IMG/VR virus record: IMGVR_UViG_3300027782_000027
Location: 176,760 to 240,759 of that record
Reading direction: 5' to 3' (one strand)
Length of the DNA: 64,000 bases
Shown in pieces: positions 30,872 through 41,424 of the stretch; position 1 is the first letter of the stretch; the number at the start of each line of letters is the position of its first letter. A program made the translations under genes and the position numbers. The notes beneath the pieces were generated by a model. It had not been told where the DNA came from and did no database searches. It saw only the letters and a program-made list of their open reading frames with translations.

Positions 30872-31351
30872 ATGACTATGGAGAATTTTTTTTCATATAT
30901 ATCCAAACCTATAGACCCTGAAGAATTTGAATTTTGGGTTGAATCAAACAATATTTGTTTTTTAAAACTGGAGCTATACGAAACTTTTGTAAAATCATTG
31001 GTTAATTTAGTTTCCCAAACATACTTGGGAGAATCTGAATTTAATGAAACCAATATTAATGTTACTGAACAGGACATTAATAATCATTTTGATTGGTGTT
31101 GGGATAAGACCGTTGACAACTTTAAAAAAGAGAAAATTTTTTTTGAAAGTGATGGTGAACATAAAAAGTTTATCAGGGAGTTTATTTTTGAAACCTTTTA
31201 TCTACAAAAAAATAAAGATGTAAAATCATCGTTGGATAAGTTCTTTAATGAAATATTTGATATTGAAACTTCAATGACGAAATCTGATTTGGATTTATTA
31301 ACCACAATTTATAAATTGATGGAAAAAAATGTAAAAGTAAATTTACAATAA
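30872..31351 (+). CDS. Hypothetical protein
   Basis: 159-aa ORF. Confidence 0.7.
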   Translation: MTMENFFSYISKPIDPEEFEFWVESNNICFLKLELYETFVKSLVNLVSQTYLGESEFNETNINVTEQDINNHFDWCWDKTVDNFKKEKIFFESDGEHKKFIREFIFETFYLQKNKDVKSSLDKFFNEIFDIETSMTKSDLDLLTTIYKLMEKNVKVNLQ

Positions 31352-31404
31352 TAAATAAACCACTATTCTTGATAGTGTAATAAACAATTTTTATCTTTAA
31401 CAAA

Positions 31405-31581
31405 ATGGAAACAGTTGAAAAAATTAAAGAATTAACTGAACTACTTTCAGTAGATGCTACTAAGTTCTACCAAGGTAATAAGAGTGCTGGTACAAGAGCG
31501 AGAAAAACTGCTCAAGAATTAAAAGCTCTTCTTCAGACATTCAGAGGCGAAATTTTAGAAGGAAGAAAACAGAATGATTAA
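31405..31581 (+). CDS. Histone H1-like nucleoid protein (Hc1 family); missing from ORF track
   Basis: METVEKIKELTELLSVDATKFYQGNKSAGTRARKTAQELKALLQTFRGEILEGRKQND; GNKxAGTRARK signature. Confidence 0.85.
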   Translation: METVEKIKELTELLSVDATKFYQGNKSAGTRARKTAQELKALLQTFRGEILEGRKQND

Positions 31582-31762
31582 TCTAAATAATTTATTTTTA
31601 TTTATTTTTATTTTTAGTGTTTTAAATGTTTTTAAAATTTCAATCATTTTTACAAAATCGCTACTACAAACTCCACCCCAAAAGATGGAGTTGAGTAGTG
31701 GGATTAATTTATTATTCCATTTAACATTAACTTACATAATAACTTATATAATTGCAATCTGA
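31574..31762 (+). CDS. Small two-TM membrane protein
   Basis: Two hydrophobic stretches. Confidence 0.6.
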   Translation: MINLNNLFLFIFIFSVLNVFKISIIFTKSLLQTPPQKMELSSGINLLFHLTLTYIITYIIAI

Positions 31763-32199
31763 TGAGTTTATATACTGAAATCAAACCTTTATTTGATTAT
31801 CTTAATCAAATACGAAAACTTGAAAATTATATCGTTTTTGATATGATTTTTCCAAAGACATGGAAGATGCCTAAAAAATTCATTATTGAAGACAAATTTT
31901 TAAATAATGGTTCTGATGATGACTCACTTCTTTTGTCGTTTATTTCAGAGTACGATGAATCGGAAATAAATAAAACCCAACAAAATATTTTAGGTATTGT
32001 TAATTATAATTTAGAGAGAGAAGCTAAAGAAAAATTATTAGAAAGTAAGATAAGTGAATTAAAAAACATATTTGAAAAAGAAAGTTTAGATAACTTAAAA
32101 ATTCTAAAATTTCAATTAAATTCTGAAAAACCTGTAAAAAATGCCATCACAAAATCAAATACAGAAAGAGTTGGAAGCCCTGAAATCGTTGAGGACTAA
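31762..32199 (+). CDS. Hypothetical protein
   Basis: 145 aa, translationally coupled. Confidence 0.7.
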   Translation: MSLYTEIKPLFDYLNQIRKLENYIVFDMIFPKTWKMPKKFIIEDKFLNNGSDDDSLLLSFISEYDESEINKTQQNILGIVNYNLEREAKEKLLESKISELKNIFEKESLDNLKILKFQLNSEKPVKNAITKSNTERVGSPEIVED

Positions 32200-32332
32200 G
32201 AACGAACTTGATTTAAATAAAGAAAAAGAAAAGTTGGCTGAAATTTTTAAGGATATTAAAAAGAAAGATTTATTTCCTGAAAAGAAAAAATATACATTAT
32301 GGCAGAGAATAAAGAAAGTAATGAATTTTTAG
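32141..32332 (+). CDS. Small basic hypothetical protein
   Basis: 63 aa ending TLWQRIKKVMNF. Confidence 0.6.
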   Translation: MPSQNQIQKELEALKSLRTKNELDLNKEKEKLAEIFKDIKKKDLFPEKKKYTLWQRIKKVMNF

Positions 32333-32514
32333 GTAAATTAGCAATGATTGCTGACGCCTCACAGTCTTTAATTGAGGGTAAAGTATCTGTGGTTATTGAA
32401 GTTTACCAACAGGAGTTTGACATTATTAAACAAAACTTTTCCCAAAATACCGCTGAAGATAGATTTAAGGTTGAAATCTCAGATGTTGATTTTATATTTA
32501 TTTTGGATAAGTAG
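32299..32514 (+). CDS. Hypothetical protein
   Basis: 71-aa ORF. Confidence 0.6.
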   Translation: MAENKESNEFLGKLAMIADASQSLIEGKVSVVIEVYQQEFDIIKQNFSQNTAEDRFKVEISDVDFIFILDK

Positions 32515-33130
32515 TAAAGCTTGTATATAGTTGTTTTCGAGTAAAACCTTTTTCTTCTAAGATTTCATAAAGATATTTTCTGTGTATTGTTGAAATATCT
32601 TTTACTATAATTAAATTCTTTCTTGGGTTATTGTTAAAAAGAATATCTAAAAATCTGTCACAGTCCTCTTCATTTTTTAAACTAAATAATTTATAATCAT
32701 CATCATTTTGAACTATAAATTTATTTTTTAATTTTGATATCATTAATATTTTATCATGGTTTAAGTAAGTTTTTAAAAATTCTGAAAATGTGATTCTTTT
32801 ATTTTTTCCTATATCAAAAATAAGTTCTTCTAAATTATATCTTTCTATTTTGAGTAGATATTGATTTTCGGATATCTTGGGATTAATTACTTTATTTCTA
32901 CCAAACTCGTCAGTGTAATGGATAGTCTCCCCAATATAATCACTGGTGACAATCCCTATGTTAAACTTACAATCATGTCCACTTTCAAATTGTTTATTAA
33001 AAATTATATCACTTGACTTTTTTAATAAATCTTTGTAATAATTTTCAGCTAAAGTTTGTCTAACAAAAGATTTGAGTTTTTTCTTTTTTTTGTTATTCTT
33101 AAACAATATGATATGAAATTTTTGTTCCAT
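32498..33130 (-). CDS. Hypothetical basic protein
   Basis: 210-aa ORF. Confidence 0.7.
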   Translation of the reverse strand: MEQKFHIILFKNNKKKKKLKSFVRQTLAENYYKDLLKKSSDIIFNKQFESGHDCKFNIGIVTSDYIGETIHYTDEFGRNKVINPKISENQYLLKIERYNLEELIFDIGKNKRITFSEFLKTYLNHDKILMISKLKNKFIVQNDDDYKLFSLKNEEDCDRFLDILFNNNPRKNLIIVKDISTIHRKYLYEILEEKGFTRKQLYTSFTTYPK

Positions 33131-33167
33131 ATTAATAAATTAATAAAATTTTAAAAAATAAAAACAG

Positions 33168-34088
33168 TTGGAAAATTTTTATCAGATTTTAGATGTACCA
33201 GAAACTGCAAGTCAGGACGAAATAAAAAAAGCTTATAGGAAGAAAGCTGTGGAATCACACCCTGATAAGGGTGGTAATGAGGAAGTATTTAAAAAGATTT
33301 CAGAAGCTTATGATGTTCTAGGTAACGAGGATAAGAGAAGAAATTATGATAATAATAAGAATAATCCTTTTGGTGGTTTTGATGCTGACCCATTTAACAT
33401 GTTTCATGATTTCTTTAATAATATAAAACAAAATAAACCAAGAAAAGCTCCTGATAAAGTTGTTGAATTAAATATTGGAACTTTAGATTCTTATATTGGG
33501 AAGAATATCGATATTAATTTCAGTAGAAAAATTAATTGTAACACCTGTAATGGTAAAGGTGGTGATAGGGTCACATGTTCGAAATGTAATGGCTCAGGTA
33601 GAATAACCCAAAGAATTGGTAATTCGTTTTTCAGTAATATAGTACAGATGCCATGTGATGCTTGTTCAGGTCAAGGATTCAGTTTAAATAACGTTTGTTT
33701 TTCTTGTGCTGGTGAAGGTAAAAATAATGAGATGAAGTCAATTAATATTAATTTACCTCATGGTATTACTGATGGTCAGATGATAAAGGCGAAACAAATG
33801 GGAGATTATCATGAAGGAAGTTTTGGGGATATAATTTTTAAAATTAAGGTAAATCCTCAAGACGGTTTTGATAAGGTAAACAATGACTTAGTATACAATT
33901 ATCAAATGTCATTGGAAGATTTTAATAAAGATATGATTGACGTACCACACCCATCAGGTAACCTAAATATAAAATTACCTGAAGAGGTAGATACAACAAA
34001 ACCCCTACGTGTTAAAGGTAAGGGTTTTAGAAGTGAGGGTATTGGAGATTTTTATGTTAACATGTATGTTAAACATAAGAGAAGTTAG
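33168..34088 (+). CDS. dnaJ: Chaperone DnaJ
   Basis: J-domain HPD, four CxxCxGxG repeats, C-terminal domain; TTG start. Confidence 0.95.
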   Translation: MENFYQILDVPETASQDEIKKAYRKKAVESHPDKGGNEEVFKKISEAYDVLGNEDKRRNYDNNKNNPFGGFDADPFNMFHDFFNNIKQNKPRKAPDKVVELNIGTLDSYIGKNIDINFSRKINCNTCNGKGGDRVTCSKCNGSGRITQRIGNSFFSNIVQMPCDACSGQGFSLNNVCFSCAGEGKNNEMKSININLPHGITDGQMIKAKQMGDYHEGSFGDIIFKIKVNPQDGFDKVNNDLVYNYQMSLEDFNKDMIDVPHPSGNLNIKLPEEVDTTKPLRVKGKGFRSEGIGDFYVNMYVKHKRS

Positions 34089-34090
34089 AC

Positions 34091-34477
34091 TTATTCGTCT
34101 ATTTCTGTAAGATACATCCAAGCGTAATCGTTATACTCTATAGCTATGAATATATAACCTTGAGTTTCAGATGGACCCATATGGAAGTTACAGTTACCAC
34201 CTTCTGAATCTAACATTCTGTAAGTAATATATGAATCTTTGTCACTTAGTTTAGTGACTACACGATATACTTGGGTTTGTTTACTAAAGATGGTTACTTT
34301 GTCGTCCTCAAGTTTAATTAGAATGTCTACTGATGTTGGTGAACCGTTCCATACGATTTCGTTATTTGTGTCTCTATAACCTGTGTAGAGTTCTACGGCT
34401 TTAGCGAAACCTATTTCTTGAGAAAATGATAATAGTGTTGAGAACACTAAAAAGAGTGATAAGATAAATTTTTTCAT
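34091..34477 (-). CDS. Secreted hypothetical protein
   Basis: Signal peptide MKKFILSLFLVFSTLLSFSQ. Confidence 0.7.
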   Translation of the reverse strand: MKKFILSLFLVFSTLLSFSQEIGFAKAVELYTGYRDTNNEIVWNGSPTSVDILIKLEDDKVTIFSKQTQVYRVVTKLSDKDSYITYRMLDSEGGNCNFHMGPSETQGYIFIAIEYNDYAWMYLTEIDE

Positions 34478-34549
34478 TGTGTTTTATATTTTTTGTAAAG
34501 ATAATATATTCTATGGATTTATGAAATAAATATTGTTATTTTTTATTGT

Positions 34550-37150
34550 ATGAAAAAAATATTGTTCATTGTACCCCACCTATCAACTGGGGGATTACCG
34601 CAAGTTACGACAAACAAAATCCAACTTCTTAAGGATGACTACATTATTAAGTGTGTGGAGTACGGATGTTATTCATGGGATTTTGTTGTTCAGAAGAACC
34701 GAATTAAGAATTTAATCGGTGAGGAGAATCTTATTACATTATGGGATGACAAGAATGTTTTGATTAATCTTATTGATGAATTCCAACCTGATATTATATC
34801 TATGGAGGAATTCCCTGAGTTTTTTATGGGACATGAAATTACAAGACAGATTTATAGAAAAAATCGTCTGTACAAGATATTTGAAACAACACATGATTCA
34901 AGTTTCAAACCAACATCTAAAATTTGGTTCCCTGATAAGTTTATTTTTGTTAGTGTGTTTAATGCTATTCAGTATTCTATGTTTGATATTCCTTACGAGG
35001 TGATTGAGTACCCCATTGAAAATAGAGAGAAGAGAAAGGAATTGTTCCAAGATAAACTTGGGTTAGATAAGGGATGGAAACATGTTGTTAATGTTGGATT
35101 GTTTACTGAAAGGAAAAACCAAAAGTATATTTTTGAAATTGCTCGTAAGTTAGAAAATAGTAAAATTAAGTTTCATTTTATTGGTAATCAGGCGGATAAC
35201 TTTAAGAGTTACTGGGAACCATTGATGAAAAACAAACCTGAGAACTGTATTGTTTGGGGTGAAAAAGATAATGTAAATGAATTTTTGGAAGCGTCTGATT
35301 TATTCATGTTCCCATCAAAAGGTGATAGAAATAATAAGGAGTTAAACCCGATTGCTATTAAGGAAGCCATTGAATATGGTATTCCGATGATGATGTATAA
35401 TCTTGATGTGTATTGTGGGAAATATGATAAACTACCTCAGGTTAAATTTTTGAATGGGGATATTGATAATGATGTGAATAATATGATGGATATTTTAAAT
35501 ATAGGTGGGGTTGATTCTCTGTTTAATTTTGGTTTTAATGGGGAAACTAATCAGATTACCATAAATTATAATGGTAATGAAAAGTTGAACTTTAATATTA
35601 GTATTAGGGATATGACATCAAAGGCTCCAATGTATTGGTTTAATTTACCTTTGGAGTATCCAATATTTTATTGGACAATACCCATTCCAATTCATATTAA
35701 GAAATTCAAAGACAACCCTAATTTCAGAGGGTTTTTGGTTGAGTTTTATGATGTGGAAACAAACGAATTAGTTTTTGGACAGGAGTTGATTGTTAATAGT
35801 AATTTTTACCCGAGAATTCCTGAATTTAAATTTAAACCTTTGGACTGTAACTATATTAATTACTACGAGTTCTTTGTTGATAGATGTTTTGACGATTTGA
35901 GATTAGAAAATCTTGACACTGTAATTGACATCGGTGCTAATGTCGGATTGTTTGCTAAGTATATGTATTCTGTAAATGCTAAGAAGGTTATTTTAGTTGA
36001 GGCAAATCCATACCTAAGAGAGAGTATTGAATACCATTTAGATAATGATTTGGAAACATCAACTATCTATATGAACCCAGTCTATAAAGAACATACCAAA
36101 ATTGACTTTAGATTTTCAAAAGAAAATTCAACAATTGGTTCAAATGTTTTTGACGGTAATGTTGGTGAATACGGTCAACTTAATAATTTAATCAGTTGTG
36201 ATACAATTACTATTGATGACATTTATAAGGATAATAACTACGGTAGAATATCATTATTTAAATGTGATATTGAAGGTGGTGAGTATCCTATTTTTGAATC
36301 AATTACTGATGAACAGATTGGACTGGTTGATAGGTTCATGGTTGAGTTCCATGAAAACACCAACGGACAAATTAATATTATACTTGAAAAACTTGAAAAG
36401 AATAATTTTGAGTATGACATTATTGTTTATGAGATGGGTAAAAAAATTAGAGCGGATAGAAATGCTAAACATGGTGTAATTTTTGCCAAACCTAAGAATG
36501 TTAAATTAAGGAAACCTGGTACTTTATCATCATCAGTTTATGATGTTACAAAAAGTTTTGAAGAACGATTAGCGGAATATACTGGAGCACCTTACGCAGT
36601 TACAATAGATAATCAAAGTAACGCTTTATTCTTATCGTTGTATTACGAGAAAATAACTGGTAAAACAATTAAAATACCAAGTAGAACATATCCATCAGTT
36701 CCTTGTGAAATTATACATGCTGGTGGTAAGGTTGAATTTGAAGATGTTTATGGGTCAACATTAAAAGGACCTTATCAGTTATCACCGACAAATGTGTGGG
36801 ATTCAGCCTTAAGATTTACTACCGACATGTATATACCAGGAACACATATGTGTCTATCATTTACAGGTCCATACAAACACCTAAAACTTGGTAAGGGTGG
36901 TGCAATCTTAACTGACGACTTTGAAGCTTATAAGTGGTTTAAGAGAGCTAGATATTCAGGTAGAAATGAAGTTTCGTATCATGATGATAATTTTGATATG
37001 TTAGGATGGAATTTTTATATGATGCCTGAAATTGCGTCAAGAGGATTGTTACTTATGAACCAATTTTATAATATGGACGGGACACCTAAACATAATGAGG
37101 ATTTGGAATTACCATACCCTGACTTATCAAAATTTGATGTTTATAAATGA
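34550..37150 (+). CDS. Fusion: GT4 glycosyltransferase + FkbM methyltransferase + DegT/DnrJ-like PLP aminotransferase
   Basis: HLSTGGLP, RKNQ, ELNPIAIKEA; VIDIGANVG, KCDIEGGE; FEERLAEYTG, WDSA, SFTGPYKHL..GKGGAI. Confidence 0.85.
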   Translation: MKKILFIVPHLSTGGLPQVTTNKIQLLKDDYIIKCVEYGCYSWDFVVQKNRIKNLIGEENLITLWDDKNVLINLIDEFQPDIISMEEFPEFFMGHEITRQIYRKNRLYKIFETTHDSSFKPTSKIWFPDKFIFVSVFNAIQYSMFDIPYEVIEYPIENREKRKELFQDKLGLDKGWKHVVNVGLFTERKNQKYIFEIARKLENSKIKFHFIGNQADNFKSYWEPLMKNKPENCIVWGEKDNVNEFLEASDLFMFPSKGDRNNKELNPIAIKEAIEYGIPMMMYNLDVYCGKYDKLPQVKFLNGDIDNDVNNMMDILNIGGVDSLFNFGFNGETNQITINYNGNEKLNFNISIRDMTSKAPMYWFNLPLEYPIFYWTIPIPIHIKKFKDNPNFRGFLVEFYDVETNELVFGQELIVNSNFYPRIPEFKFKPLDCNYINYYEFFVDRCFDDLRLENLDTVIDIGANVGLFAKYMYSVNAKKVILVEANPYLRESIEYHLDNDLETSTIYMNPVYKEHTKIDFRFSKENSTIGSNVFDGNVGEYGQLNNLISCDTITIDDIYKDNNYGRISLFKCDIEGGEYPIFESITDEQIGLVDRFMVEFHENTNGQINIILEKLEKNNFEYDIIVYEMGKKIRADRNAKHGVIFAKPKNVKLRKPGTLSSSVYDVTKSFEERLAEYTGAPYAVTIDNQSNALFLSLYYEKITGKTIKIPSRTYPSVPCEIIHAGGKVEFEDVYGSTLKGPYQLSPTNVWDSALRFTTDMYIPGTHMCLSFTGPYKHLKLGKGGAILTDDFEAYKWFKRARYSGRNEVSYHDDNFDMLGWNFYMMPEIASRGLLLMNQFYNMDGTPKHNEDLELPYPDLSKFDVYK

Positions 37151-37770
37151 TAGTTGGATTCAATGAATATAAACACAAGTATCAATTTAATGTTACAGGT
37201 GTAATTCATGTTGGGGCTCATGTTGGTCAAGAATATAATCAATATATTGAAACATTTGGTTTAATCTCTACATATTGGTTTGAACCAATACCACATGTTT
37301 ATAAAGAACTATCAAAAAATTTAGATGGGAAACCTAACACATTTTATTATAATGTTGCGATAGGTGAAAAAATTGGTATACATAAAATGTATCTTGATGA
37401 TGGTAACGGACAACAAAGTTCATCGTTATTAAAACCAAAAGAACATCAAAATTTTTATCCCCATATCAAATTTAGTGAAGAAAACACTATTAATATTACC
37501 TTGAATACATTAGATTTTTATGGTATAGATAGTTGTAATGTTTTAGTTTTAGATACTCAGGGGTATGAGTTAAATGCTCTTAAGGGTTCAATTAATACCT
37601 TAAAGAATATTGATTATATATTCACAGAATTTAATGTTATTGAAATGTATGATGGTTGTCCATCAATTGAACAACTTGATGAGTTTTTACAACCTTTTGG
37701 TTTTTACAGACAAGAAACATGGAATGTTGATGGAGTATGGGGTGATGCATTTTACTTAAAAAAAATATGA
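37147..37770 (+). CDS. FkbM-family methyltransferase
   Basis: IHVGAHVGQE, FEP, LDTQGYELNALKG. Confidence 0.85.
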   Translation: MIVGFNEYKHKYQFNVTGVIHVGAHVGQEYNQYIETFGLISTYWFEPIPHVYKELSKNLDGKPNTFYYNVAIGEKIGIHKMYLDDGNGQQSSSLLKPKEHQNFYPHIKFSEENTINITLNTLDFYGIDSCNVLVLDTQGYELNALKGSINTLKNIDYIFTEFNVIEMYDGCPSIEQLDEFLQPFGFYRQETWNVDGVWGDAFYLKKI

Positions 37771-38354
37771 TTAAAAAAGCTTTTATCGGTAATGGGGGAC
37801 ATTTGAGAGAGGTAATCGCTCATACAAATTATGATGTTATTAGATTTGTTGAAGACGAGTATTTCAAGGGGGAATATAATACATTCCCACTATCACAATT
37901 CAATTCAAAAGAATACACGATTATGATTGCAATTGCTGATAGTCAAGTTAGGTCAAGAATTCAAAAATCATTACCTGAAGACACTAAATATTTTTCATTC
38001 ATTGACCCATCTGCAATTTTAATGGATAGAAATATTGTAATCGGTGATGGTTCATTTATTGGTGCTAATTGTGTTATAACTACTAATGTGAAGATTGGTA
38101 ATCATTCTATTTTAAATAGAAATGTAAATATTGGACATGACGTGGTAATAGGTGATTGTTTTAGTGCTATGGCTGGTTCTGTGGTATCAGGGAACGTCTC
38201 AATTGGTAATAATTGTTATATGGGTAACAATTCATCAATACGTGAAAAAACAACCATTTGTGATGATGTGGTAATTGGAATGAATGGAAGTGTTGTTAAG
38301 AATATTGATAAACCTGGAACTTATGTTGGAGTTCCTGTTAATAAAATTAAATAA
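37767..38354 (+). CDS. Sugar acetyltransferase (PglD/NeuD-like, hexapeptide repeats)
   Basis: GNGGH, IAIAD, IGHDVVIGD, YVGVP. Confidence 0.9.
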   Translation: MIKKAFIGNGGHLREVIAHTNYDVIRFVEDEYFKGEYNTFPLSQFNSKEYTIMIAIADSQVRSRIQKSLPEDTKYFSFIDPSAILMDRNIVIGDGSFIGANCVITTNVKIGNHSILNRNVNIGHDVVIGDCFSAMAGSVVSGNVSIGNNCYMGNNSSIREKTTICDDVVIGMNGSVVKNIDKPGTYVGVPVNKIK

Positions 38355-40087
38355 TGGAAAAATTACTTTCGGTTATAGTATCGGCATATAATTTTGAAAA
38401 ATACCTTGAAGAGTGTATAGATTCAATTTATAACCAAAAAATTACCTACGGATATGAGGTAATTGTTAGAGATGATTGTTCAAAAGATAATACTAAAGAT
38501 GTTTTAGTTAAATTAAAAGAAAAATACCCTGATTTAAGAGTATTAAATGGGGATGTTAATTTGGGAGCATTAGAAAATATAAGAACTTTATTAAACTCTT
38601 GCACGACAAAATATATTGCGTATATTGATGGTGATGATTATTTTGACAATTATACAATTTTAAATGAAGAGGTTGAATTTTTAGAGAATAGCCCAAATTA
38701 TAGTATGGTATGTACAGGAACAAGATATTTGTACCCTGACGGGACAAAAATACCAACAGTACCTGAGTTATTTATTAGTTCATTCCTTGATGATGTTACA
38801 ACAGATGATTTACTCACAATCAATCATGCTTCTTTCTCAAGGGTGTTTAGAAACATACCAAATTTAATAAAAAATTATTTTAAAAATTTACCTTATGTTG
38901 ATTGGCCACTTAACTACGAAATTAGTAAACATGGTTTAATTAAATGTATTCATAAATGTGGAGGCATTTATAGAATATCTAATGACGGTATGTTTTCAAA
39001 TGTATCTGAAGAGGAAAAAAACAAACAAAATTTAATTGTTATCAATGAACTTAAACGACAAAGTATTAAAGATAAGTTTAAAACAATAACCATAGTTGAT
39101 TGTTTTATACACAATCAAAATGTTTTAAATAAATTAGAATTATGTATTAATAATTTAAAAAAATATAATCACACAATACTTTTAGTATCTAATACAATTG
39201 TTCCTGAACATATAATAAAAAATGTTGATTATCATCTATATAATTCTAATAATATTCTTTTTGAGGGTGAGTATACTAATTCAGAACCAGTTATTTTTTG
39301 GAAAAATCTTGATGGATTAACAGTACATGAAGTTATAAATACAATACAGAAACATGGATTACCCGTTATGGTTAATTTATTTAATTCATTAGACTTATGT
39401 AAATCACTTGGGTTTACACACTTCCAAAGAATTGAAGTTGATGATTTGTATAGTGAGAAAGGTTATGAATATATAATAACTGTTCCTTTAATTTGTTCTG
39501 AAAAAAATAAAAAGGGAATGTTTTATTTTAATGAGGGTAGAGATGTCTCGTTCCATTATTTTTATAGTGAGATAGATTATTTCCTACAGATAATTAATAG
39601 GGTTAGTTGTGAAGAAGATTATAAAAATTATTTAGTAAATCACGGATATGGTACTGATTTTATAAATGTTGAAAAATATCTATATGATAACATAAACAGA
39701 AATGATTATGGTTTATTAATAAGGAAAAATGGTGAGGAGGAAATGAATTTTGATTTCCAGGGGACTTTATGGAATACAGAAACTACAGGTAGTAATATAT
39801 CGTCTAAATTTAGAGGATGTTCAACAAAACTTTATAATATACCGGGACAAGAGTCTACGATGTTGTTGTCTTACAACCACAACAATTTTAAATCTGAAAG
39901 AAAGATAGTTGTTAATTTTTTAGATGGTAATACTGAAACTTATTATCATAGTTTGGAAAATTATGGTCATTGGTCTTTTAATATTTTAAATAATGTTGAA
40001 AAAATATTAGTTTATGATAACCAAAACGATGAATTTTTGTATGAAATTATAAACCAAAATGTTCTTGATTATATTATTTTTTCATGA
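38354..40087 (+). CDS. GT2 glycosyltransferase with additional C-terminal domain
   Basis: SVIVSAYN, DDCSKD, YIAYIDGDDY. Confidence 0.85.
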   Translation: MEKLLSVIVSAYNFEKYLEECIDSIYNQKITYGYEVIVRDDCSKDNTKDVLVKLKEKYPDLRVLNGDVNLGALENIRTLLNSCTTKYIAYIDGDDYFDNYTILNEEVEFLENSPNYSMVCTGTRYLYPDGTKIPTVPELFISSFLDDVTTDDLLTINHASFSRVFRNIPNLIKNYFKNLPYVDWPLNYEISKHGLIKCIHKCGGIYRISNDGMFSNVSEEEKNKQNLIVINELKRQSIKDKFKTITIVDCFIHNQNVLNKLELCINNLKKYNHTILLVSNTIVPEHIIKNVDYHLYNSNNILFEGEYTNSEPVIFWKNLDGLTVHEVINTIQKHGLPVMVNLFNSLDLCKSLGFTHFQRIEVDDLYSEKGYEYIITVPLICSEKNKKGMFYFNEGRDVSFHYFYSEIDYFLQIINRVSCEEDYKNYLVNHGYGTDFINVEKYLYDNINRNDYGLLIRKNGEEEMNFDFQGTLWNTETTGSNISSKFRGCSTKLYNIPGQESTMLLSYNHNNFKSERKIVVNFLDGNTETYYHSLENYGHWSFNILNNVEKILVYDNQNDEFLYEIINQNVLDYIIFS

Positions 40088-40851
40088 TTGGATTAACAAT
40101 AACAACTTGTAAAAGAATTGATTTGTTTGAAAAAACAATACTAACATTTGTGAACGAATGTGAAGATTGTAATTTAATTGATATAATAATTCATTATGAT
40201 GATTCTTCATCTTTGGAAGATAGAGATAAGATGTTTTCATTATTGAATAGATTATTTCCCGATACTCTAATAGTCTCTAAAAGATTTAATCCAAATTCGT
40301 TTAACACTAATAGAAGACATTTAGAGATAATGAAAAAATGGAAAGAAGATATTAAATTTTTTAATATTGATTATGTTTTTCATTTAGAAGATGATTGGTT
40401 ATTTGAAAACAAATTTAGTATCCAAGAAGGTGTTGAATTGTTAAAAAATAATAATGAAATTGCTATGGTTGGATTTTCATGGAAAAAAAAGATATTCCCT
40501 AAAGAATTATTTGAACCAAGAATTATTGGTAATTTTTGGGAGTGGTATTATTCTGAAAAACATTACTTGAATGAACCTTTGTTTAATGATACGGTTGAAG
40601 AAACTTTACACGAAGTTAAGGGTTTATGGATTAAATATATTAACTGGCCTTACTTTGGATTTAGACCGGCAATTCATGATGTGAATAAATTAAATGAGAT
40701 TGAAACGTTTAATAATAATATGGATTCTTTTGAATTAGAATTTGCAATAAGATTTGCAAAAAAATTCAAATCTTTTTTACATTTAGAAAGAATTTGTTAT
40801 CATATTGGAGATGATAATTCATCATATAATTTAAATAACTCTTTAAGATAA
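40084..40851 (+). CDS. GT-A fold glycosyltransferase
   Basis: ITTCKR, YDDSS, YVFHLEDDW, YHIG. Confidence 0.75.
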   Translation: MIGLTITTCKRIDLFEKTILTFVNECEDCNLIDIIIHYDDSSSLEDRDKMFSLLNRLFPDTLIVSKRFNPNSFNTNRRHLEIMKKWKEDIKFFNIDYVFHLEDDWLFENKFSIQEGVELLKNNNEIAMVGFSWKKKIFPKELFEPRIIGNFWEWYYSEKHYLNEPLFNDTVEETLHEVKGLWIKYINWPYFGFRPAIHDVNKLNEIETFNNNMDSFELEFAIRFAKKFKSFLHLERICYHIGDDNSSYNLNNSLR

Positions 40852-41423
40852 TGGATTATAACTTTTTATGGGTTCCAAAAACTACTTATCACAGGTCAGC
40901 ACAAAGTCAATTTGTTGTTGATGTCTTTCCAAAGGTATTAAAAAACTTTGAATTAATAATTGAAATTGGTACATTCACAGGTGCCTTTACTTTATGGTTG
41001 TCTGAGAATAAATCTGATAATTGTAAAATAATTTCTTATGATATTAATCCTGATTATTGTGAAGTTAATAATCTTAAACATACTGAATTAAGAATTGGCG
41101 ACTGTTTTGATATTGATGTCATAAAAGATATTTGTGATTTAATTAAAAATTCAGGTAGAACACTTTTTTTATGTGACGGGGGGGATAAAGAACTTGAGTT
41201 TAGATTGTATTCAAAGTATCTAAAAACAAACGATGTTATTATGCTTCATGATTATTCACATAGTGAAGAGGAATATAATATTATTAAAGAAAAAATAAAT
41301 TGGCCAACAAATTCAGAATCACACTATAAAAATATTGAAAGATACTTACCTGAACTTAATTTAACTACATTTATGTATGATGATTTTAAACAAGTTTTAT
41401 GGGGTTCGTTTATAAAAAATTGA
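40851..41423 (+). CDS. SAM-dependent methyltransferase (CmcI/Methyltransf_24-like)
   Basis: IIEIGTFTG, SYDI, CDGG, MLHD. Confidence 0.75.
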   Translation: MDYNFLWVPKTTYHRSAQSQFVVDVFPKVLKNFELIIEIGTFTGAFTLWLSENKSDNCKIISYDINPDYCEVNNLKHTELRIGDCFDIDVIKDICDLIKNSGRTLFLCDGGDKELEFRLYSKYLKTNDVIMLHDYSHSEEEYNIIKEKINWPTNSESHYKNIERYLPELNLTTFMYDDFKQVLWGSFIKN

Positions 41424-41424
41424 T

